DNA from: Candidatus Hodarchaeota archaeon
Lineage (GTDB): Archaea; Asgardarchaeota; Lokiarchaeia; Sigyniarchaeales; SOKP01
Length of the DNA stretch: 64,000 nt
NCBI GenBank assembly: GCA_048886685.1
Contig: JBHLKM010000014.1
Location: 59,903-123,902 of the forward strand
Reading direction: 5' to 3'
Under the pieces are notes generated by a model. The model was given only the letters and a program-made list of their open reading frames with translations. It searched no databases and was not told the DNA's origin. Numbering within the stretch: the stretch's first letter is position 1; every line of letters starts with the position of its first letter. Made by a program: the position numbers and the translations under genes. Shown piece by piece: positions 57,749 to 64,000 of this stretch.

Positions 57749-60700
57749 TTGGATTCTCAAATGCCATCTAAAAATAAGGAAAATGACATTATCGGAAGAC
57801 AAAATGGGAATACGTATATTAAAAAAGTTATTTTAGAAAATTTCTTATCATTTCAAAAAGATGAAGTTGATTTTGGAGAAGCAAAGTTTGTTATTATTGT
57901 AGGACCTAATTGGAGTGGAAAAACATCAATTTTTCAGGCTATTAAATTTGCTTTAGGAAGTAATGAAAGAGATGATCGCTATAGAAAATGGTCTAACTTT
58001 ATCAGAAACGGTCAAAATCATGCGATGGTTGAAATCCATATTCAAAATCACGATGACTTAATTCAACTTAGGAGGTATGTTATTAGAGGACAATCTCCAT
58101 TTTTTAAGATTAAAAAAAATAATGAAAAAGAATTTCATAAAATTCAAGCACATGATATCCAAAGAGTAATTACGGATTTGAAAATCAACCCTGATAATCA
58201 GTTTGCTTTCGTAAGTCAAGGAAAAGTTGATGCCATTAAAAATTTAAAACCAACAGAGCTATGTTCTTTTCTTGAAGAGGGTTTTGGCTTAAAACCTCTT
58301 CGAGATGAGATATTAAACCAAAAAATCAATGTACTTACTTTAGATCATGATTTAAAGTCATTAGCAAGTCGAAGAAATACTTTGAACGTTAGCTTAGAGC
58401 TTTTAACGCCGAAATTGAATCGCTTGGAACAAAAAAATAAATTGTTAGAAGTTAGGAAAAAATACAATGATGAGCTTTTATGGGCAAATCGGGATAAGCT
58501 AGAAAAAGAAATAATCAAAATTGAAGAACTAATCAAAAACCTTAAGTTGGTTATAGATGGGATTAAAAAAAGAAAAGACAAATATGATGGTGAAATCGCA
58601 GAATTAATTGAAAAAATTTCTATTGAGGAAGAAAATATAAATAAGTTATCACAAAAACTCGGTGAACTTGATTATGAAAAAAATGATTTAATTGCTAAGA
58701 TACAGAATTGGCAAAAAGAAAAAATATTAGCAAAACAAGAATTAGATGTAATGTCGAAGAAAATAAGAGAAATTGAAAGGAATATTATTAATTTTGAAAA
58801 ACAGAAGGAGAGTTTAGAGGGCGATTTAAAAATAATTAAAAGAGAACAAAAGAAATTAGATGTTCAAATTGAAAGTTTAATAAAGGAACAAGATCAATTA
58901 GTAAAGAAAATTAAGCAAAATAGGGTTCTATTAGATGAATATAATAAAATTAGTTATGAGAAACAAGTAACAAAATCAAAAATTCAAGCGAATAAGAAAA
59001 TAATTGATTCCATAAATGATGAAATTAACCAACTATTTCAAAGTTTTAAAGATATTGAGCATAAATTGGAAAAAAATAAATGGTTTTTAGAAAATCCTTC
59101 AAAAGATTTATTACAGGAAATTGACAGAGATCTCAGGAAAATTTCTTTACGAATCTATGAGATTGATTCTGAAAATAAAAAATTGGAATTTGAAAAGTCA
59201 AAAAAGATAGGTAAATTAAAAATTTTACAGACATCACTAAGAGAACGACGTGTTGTTCTTCCGTCAAGCATATCTATTCTTAAAGATGAGATTAATAGAA
59301 GAGATTTGAAAGTTAAAGGCCCCCTTATTGAATATTTAAAATATGATGATGATTTAAGTTATGCTATTGAATCTGTATTAGGTGAAAAATTATTATATAG
59401 TTTTGTAGCAGAGGATTGGGATACGTTAACTTTATTAAAAAGATTGAAAGACAAATATCGTGCCTATTGTAACATATATCTTCCTAAAAAATTAGATATT
59501 CAATCACTGAGAGAAATTTCTGCCAATGGAGTTATAGATTATTTAGCTGAGCTTGTTAAGGTCGTCGATGATGATTTAGATATTAAGAAAGTTATATATT
59601 CGAAAGTAAAAAATTGTTTGGTTGTTAATGATTACCATTCTGGAAGAAATCTTTATAAAAAACTTGGTTTCAAGGGAAAATGTGTAACTTTAGCGGGAGA
59701 ACAAATTATTTCCTATAAATATGTTTATGAAACTCCTTATGTAAAAAGATTAAAGGGTTTATTAAGTGCAGCAACTCAAAAAGAACAATCTAGTTTGTTA
59801 GAATCAGAGATTAAATCAATGAATAATTCAATCTCAGAATTAAGGGTAGAGCAATCTAAATTAGATTTAATTCAAAAAGATTTATTTGATAAAAAGGAAT
59901 CATTTAGCGACCTTTTATTTAATTTCAACCAAAAGCAGAGGATAACAACAAAAAAAAATCAGTTATATAAACAAATGCATGAGTTAGAGGGTAGCAACTC
60001 GGAGTTTAACGATAAACTTAAAGATTTAGATTCAAGAATTAGAGATTTAAAGTCAAAAACCGAACCTGATTTTTTTAAGTGGAATGATAGAATAAATGAG
60101 ATTCCGAGTGAATTGGGTACTTTAAATGAGGAAAAGAAAAAATGGGATTTGAAATTAAATGAAAATTCAGAGATCCTAAAGGAAGTAAGAGAAGAATTGA
60201 ACAAGCAGAAAAATGAACTAGGTATCAGCAAATTAGAATATGAAAAAAAGAAAGAAGCGTTTCAAAAAGCAGACAAAAATGCTTTTGAAACATATCGACA
60301 ATTAGAAAATGTTGAAAATACCCTTGAAAAAATTGAGAAGGAAATAACAGATTTGAAAGAAAAAAAATATGAATTTCAAAACAAGAAGAACGAAATCGAT
60401 AAAAGAAGCATTCAAATTACTATAAATTTGGAACAAGAAAATATTAAATTGAATGCATTTAACCAAGAGATAGATTCTAAAAGAAGTGATTTTGAACGAA
60501 TTAATTCAGAAATAGGTCCCTTAATATCTGAACAGATTATAGAAATTCGACCAATCGAATTTATAAATGAAGATATCTCAAAAATCGATAAAGAATTACT
60601 CAATTACATAGACGTTGATGATTCACTTATAGTTGAGAAGGACCAAATAATAGCTTCTCTGAAAGAAATCAATAAAAATCAAAAGGATTTAGAAAAAGAC

Positions 60701-61216
60701 ATAAAAGCGGCAATAAAAACTGAAAATAAATTAGAAAAAACATACTATGATAAATTTAGGCATTTACTTGTAGAACTACAATCTAAAGTAAATCAAAAGT
60801 TTGATAATTCTCAAATAAAGTCATATTGTTCTCTTGAACTGATCGGGAAATTTGAAAATCTTGGTGTTGAGATAAAAGCAGCAACTTCTAAAGAGCAATT
60901 AAAATCTTTTACTGCACTTAGTGGGGGGCAAGTTTCTCTTATATCAATTTGCTTGATCTTATCTCTCCAAGAGATTAAACCATCTCCACTATGCATGTTT
61001 GATGAGGCAGGTATGTTTTTGGATGAAAAAAATTCAGAAGTAGCTTACCAATTGATAAAGTCAACGTTAGAACAGAATCCTATCCAATTGTTCATGTTTT
61101 TGCCTAAATCTTCATCTTCATTGTTCTTGCTTGCTGAAAAAATTATTGGAATCGCTAGAACTGGTAAAAATGAAATCTCCTCGGTATTTAAGCCAAAAAT
61201 AATAAAAAAGAAATGA
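57749..61216 (+). CDS. smc: SMC ATPase, Smc5/6-like
   Basis: LENFLS, GPNWSGKTS, Q-loop NQFAFVSQGKV, coiled coils, hinge (GPLIEYL, CVTLAGE), LSGGQ, PLCMFDEAGMFLD. Confidence 0.9.
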   Translation: MDSQMPSKNKENDIIGRQNGNTYIKKVILENFLSFQKDEVDFGEAKFVIIVGPNWSGKTSIFQAIKFALGSNERDDRYRKWSNFIRNGQNHAMVEIHIQNHDDLIQLRRYVIRGQSPFFKIKKNNEKEFHKIQAHDIQRVITDLKINPDNQFAFVSQGKVDAIKNLKPTELCSFLEEGFGLKPLRDEILNQKINVLTLDHDLKSLASRRNTLNVSLELLTPKLNRLEQKNKLLEVRKKYNDELLWANRDKLEKEIIKIEELIKNLKLVIDGIKKRKDKYDGEIAELIEKISIEEENINKLSQKLGELDYEKNDLIAKIQNWQKEKILAKQELDVMSKKIREIERNIINFEKQKESLEGDLKIIKREQKKLDVQIESLIKEQDQLVKKIKQNRVLLDEYNKISYEKQVTKSKIQANKKIIDSINDEINQLFQSFKDIEHKLEKNKWFLENPSKDLLQEIDRDLRKISLRIYEIDSENKKLEFEKSKKIGKLKILQTSLRERRVVLPSSISILKDEINRRDLKVKGPLIEYLKYDDDLSYAIESVLGEKLLYSFVAEDWDTLTLLKRLKDKYRAYCNIYLPKKLDIQSLREISANGVIDYLAELVKVVDDDLDIKKVIYSKVKNCLVVNDYHSGRNLYKKLGFKGKCVTLAGEQIISYKYVYETPYVKRLKGLLSAATQKEQSSLLESEIKSMNNSISELRVEQSKLDLIQKDLFDKKESFSDLLFNFNQKQRITTKKNQLYKQMHELEGSNSEFNDKLKDLDSRIRDLKSKTEPDFFKWNDRINEIPSELGTLNEEKKKWDLKLNENSEILKEVREELNKQKNELGISKLEYEKKKEAFQKADKNAFETYRQLENVENTLEKIEKEITDLKEKKYEFQNKKNEIDKRSIQITINLEQENIKLNAFNQEIDSKRSDFERINSEIGPLISEQIIEIRPIEFINEDISKIDKELLNYIDVDDSLIVEKDQIIASLKEINKNQKDLEKDIKAAIKTENKLEKTYYDKFRHLLVELQSKVNQKFDNSQIKSYCSLELIGKFENLGVEIKAATSKEQLKSFTALSGGQVSLISICLILSLQEIKPSPLCMFDEAGMFLDEKNSEVAYQLIKSTLEQNPIQLFMFLPKSSSSLFLLAEKIIGIARTGKNEISSVFKPKIIKKK

Positions 61217-61226
61217 TAAGAGAAAT

Positions 61227-61877
61227 ATGGAAGAATATAAAGATTTTTCTGAAGAAATAAATAGAAAAATTAAGGAAATTCATACGAAAGTTATTTCAGG
61301 GGATTTGGCTCTATTAGATGTAGAATTATATCCTATTTTTGAAAATTTAAGGGATTCACTTAATATTAACAATCTTAATAAATATTCCATTACATATAAG
61401 AATGCATCTCAGCTCTTAATTCGAAAGTTCGAAGAACTTAAAAATTTAATTAATAATATTGATAGAAAGGAAGGATTTTTACAATTTCTAAAATCAAATC
61501 CAAAAGATTCAGAAATTTGTCAATTACTTAATGACTGTTGGGTAAAACCTTTCAGTATTGAGTCTCTTTCTTTGGATTTTCTTGAATTCTCCAGAGATAA
61601 GCTAAGTATTAAGAGAGATTATCTAACCACTATAGAACATATAGACAGAGTAGAAGTGAAAGACACTTTTTTATTAGAAGTTCCTGAACAAAAATTTACT
61701 GAAAAAATATTAAACTTTTTTAACAGTATTATAAATAAACTTCCTTGCTCATTTGATGAAATATTCGAAGATGATCAAAATCAAATTAGAATCTATGAAA
61801 ATTTTGTTTATCTTTTACATTTACTCCAATTAGGGAAAATAAAATACCAAAAGGAGACGAATTTTTTATATATATAA
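61227..61877 (+). CDS. kleisin (ScpA/Nse4-like)
   Basis: Follows smc; C-terminal winged helix ENFVYLLHLLQLGKIKYQ. Confidence 0.7.
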   Translation: MEEYKDFSEEINRKIKEIHTKVISGDLALLDVELYPIFENLRDSLNINNLNKYSITYKNASQLLIRKFEELKNLINNIDRKEGFLQFLKSNPKDSEICQLLNDCWVKPFSIESLSLDFLEFSRDKLSIKRDYLTTIEHIDRVEVKDTFLLEVPEQKFTEKILNFFNSIINKLPCSFDEIFEDDQNQIRIYENFVYLLHLLQLGKIKYQKETNFLYI

Positions 61878-61881
61878 TGAG

Positions 61882-62418
61882 TTGTTAAAAATTATGAATG
61901 AATTCACAGTTTTAATGCATTTATTAAGTAATAAAAAAAAGAAAATACAAATAGGTGCTTCTAAAGAAGAAATTCTAAAAGCATTAAATATACATGGTAA
62001 AAACGAATCTATATATTTTCAAAACCTAATTACTCACTTATCAAGTTATATTGAACCATTAGGTCTTCAGATTCGATTTAATCCCCTAAGTTCTCGGTGG
62101 TTTATAACATTTGAAAGATATACATCCGATTTTTTTTCTGCTAATCCCTTTGAGGGTAAACCAAGACTAGCTGCAACGTTATTTTGCTCTTTAATTTGCT
62201 GTCTTAAGAATTTGGGTACTGCTAAAATTCAAGAAATAAAAAAAATTAGAAAGAAAAAACATATTCTAGAAGATTTAAAGGAATTGCGGAATATGGGATA
62301 TATACATATAGATGAAAAATTAGAAAAGATAAGTCTAACTCCTCTTATTGGATATCAACTAGACCTAAATAAACTCTTCATAAAATTAGCTCTAAAGTTA
62401 AAACAGCAAGACACTTAA
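61882..62418 (+). CDS. KITE subunit (ScpB/Nse1/Nse3-like tandem winged helix)
   Basis: Two WH-like halves (YIEPLGLQIRFNP..WFI; LKELRNMGYI..LTP); follows the kleisin gene. Confidence 0.7.
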   Translation: MLKIMNEFTVLMHLLSNKKKKIQIGASKEEILKALNIHGKNESIYFQNLITHLSSYIEPLGLQIRFNPLSSRWFITFERYTSDFFSANPFEGKPRLAATLFCSLICCLKNLGTAKIQEIKKIRKKKHILEDLKELRNMGYIHIDEKLEKISLTPLIGYQLDLNKLFIKLALKLKQQDT

Positions 62419-62452
62419 AATTTCAAGTGTAAAAATAAGAATTATAATAAAA

Positions 62453-63088
62453 TTATTGTTTTATTGTAATTTCTAATATCATTTCTGCAACTCTATTATT
62501 AAATGTTTCAACATCTTCGAAATTGTCAACAGTTTCACCACATGTCACAAAAGTTTCATTGATGGCTATTTTTCGAGCGTTAAAGAATTCCTGAATTTGT
62601 TTTGTCATATCACTAACTTTTTTCTCAGGATCACCTTCAAGTAAATCAATTTTATTAATACAGACATAAATTTTATCTGGGAAAAACCTTACATCATTAA
62701 AAAACTCAAATTGAGGATCTAAATCTCTGTCGCACGAAAAAACAGCAATAATTTGCGTAGCTATACGAGATATTGTAATAATACCCATTTTTACGACGGC
62801 ACGGGCTCGATCGCCACCAGGGGCGAAAATTGTATGAGCTTTGTTAGTAGAATCTTCCCTAAAAACAATTCTGTTTGGATGAATTGTTTTTGTTTCTTTT
62901 TCATTCAAAGAATCTTCTTTTTCGCCTCCAGGAACAGTTGCTTCACCAGAAAAATCAGCTTTGACGACAGAACACTTCATTCCTCCTTTAACCTTTTCAA
63001 TATCACCTTTATTTAAATAACGCACAAATAACCTAAGGATACTAGTTTTTCCAACACTAACATCACCTAACAATCCAATGTTTACCAT
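62453..63088 (-). CDS. divergent small GTPase
   Basis: G1 GDVSVGKTS, G2-like KTIHP, atypical G3 APGG, G4 NKID. Confidence 0.85.
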   Translation of the reverse strand: MVNIGLLGDVSVGKTSILRLFVRYLNKGDIEKVKGGMKCSVVKADFSGEATVPGGEKEDSLNEKETKTIHPNRIVFREDSTNKAHTIFAPGGDRARAVVKMGIITISRIATQIIAVFSCDRDLDPQFEFFNDVRFFPDKIYVCINKIDLLEGDPEKKVSDMTKQIQEFFNARKIAINETFVTCGETVDNFEDVETFNNRVAEMILEITIKQ

Positions 63089-63900
63089 TATACTTCACCC
63101 TCCAATAGCTTATTTAATAATAATTCATAGTCTGGTATCAGAAATTGTTCAAGTAGGGCATTGTTATGAGCGTGAATAAGTGCAATTAAGACTTCTTTCA
63201 CATTTTTTGCTTTTTTTGAATATTTTCCTAAATTGTCTGAAGTAGGTTCTTCGTTAAAATCTCTCGCATGTTCTTCAAATCCAAAATTTGATAAATCTGG
63301 GAGTGCATTAAAGAATCCAAAAGCGGAGTAGCCCTGATATTGATAAAACACGAAAAATCTTGTTTTAATATTCTCAATGATACTAGATAAATAAGTTGAG
63401 GGATATATTTCTCCAAGGGTTAATTCTTCATCCTGTTGTATTACGAAATAAGGAGAAATTGGAGAAACTTGCGAACCATACATTTCTTTTGGGGGAATAG
63501 AAATGAATGGGAGTTTTTCTGAAACTATTGTCCAGAGGTCTTCTCTTCTTTTCTCTAACAAAATATCTTTTATCTCATCATAAGCAAAAAAGAAATCTGA
63601 TTGTAAGGCAAGTAGGGAACTTAAATACACCGATATTGAAGCAAATGTAGCTTCTAATACTGGTCGCCTCCCACCATTTGATTCTGAGGGTTTAACAGCA
63701 CCTTTCCAAGCCCTCAATCCTGAATATGCAAATGATTTTACATCAAAAAAGGCTCCTGAGAGAAATAAAAAAGATGGAGCTTCTCCTTTGTCACCAGTCA
63801 ATAAATCCATGGATTTATTAATTAAAATGCTTTCTAATTTAGCATCATGAAACTTAGAGTGAACTATAGGCATTTGTAGCCAAGTTTTTTTTTTTGCCAA
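63088..63900 (-). CDS. hypothetical protein translationally coupled to the small GTPase
   Basis: 270-aa ORF whose stop overlaps the GTPase ATG. Confidence 0.75.
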   Translation of the reverse strand: MAKKKTWLQMPIVHSKFHDAKLESILINKSMDLLTGDKGEAPSFLFLSGAFFDVKSFAYSGLRAWKGAVKPSESNGGRRPVLEATFASISVYLSSLLALQSDFFFAYDEIKDILLEKRREDLWTIVSEKLPFISIPPKEMYGSQVSPISPYFVIQQDEELTLGEIYPSTYLSSIIENIKTRFFVFYQYQGYSAFGFFNALPDLSNFGFEEHARDFNEEPTSDNLGKYSKKAKNVKEVLIALIHAHNNALLEQFLIPDYELLLNKLLEGEV

Positions 63901-64000
63901 AATTACTATACTCTTTTTATTAATTTCGATAAAATTATAAAGGACTGCTGAATAATTAATTTTTCTTATTTTAATTAAACAATATATTATCTCAATATAA

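Noticed and set aside
57749-62418. Wadjet (JetABCD) or MksBEF defence system
   Set aside because: There is no JetD/Toprim nuclease, the gene order is SMC-kleisin-KITE, and the head motifs look Smc5/6-like.
5865-63416. Short ORFs overlapping longer genes (e.g. 5865..6188, 9237..9473, 23162..23563, 32248..32760, 50072..50404, 53126..53500, 59959..60231)
   Set aside because: Antisense or alternate-frame shadows of well-supported genes, with no motifs.

Overview
AT-rich archaeal chromosomal window, most consistent with an Asgard archaeon of the Lokiarchaeia type (inference from the LRR protein, the TPR protein with a longin-like domain, the divergent small GTPase, SLC27/FATP-type acyl-CoA ligases, an SCP2-type thiolase, an Smc5/6-like SMC and a eukaryote-like SECIS). 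It is mostly metabolic, stress and transport genes. I saw no rRNA, tRNA, CRISPR array or transposase. Highlights: (1) an arsenic-resistance operon (ArsR / Acr3) whose last gene is a MoaD/ubiquitin-like protein with two tandem in-frame UGA codons at the di-glycine position, 39 further open codons, and a kink-turn SECIS-like hairpin directly after the TAA, i.e. a candidate new (di)selenoprotein; (2) a BpsA branched-polyamine synthase fused to a pyruvoyl AdoMet decarboxylase domain; (3) an Smc5/6-like SMC-kleisin-KITE operon led by a catalytically degenerate AAA+ protein; (4) a PadR-controlled operon with a class II UvrA and an asymmetric double-length UvrA but no UvrB or UvrC in the window; (5) several microproteins missed by the ORF track, including a duplicated 46-aa pair flanking an LRR gene, an orphan SLATT-like effector, and two genes broken by in-frame TAA. 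All family assignments come from motif recognition by eye, not from database searches.
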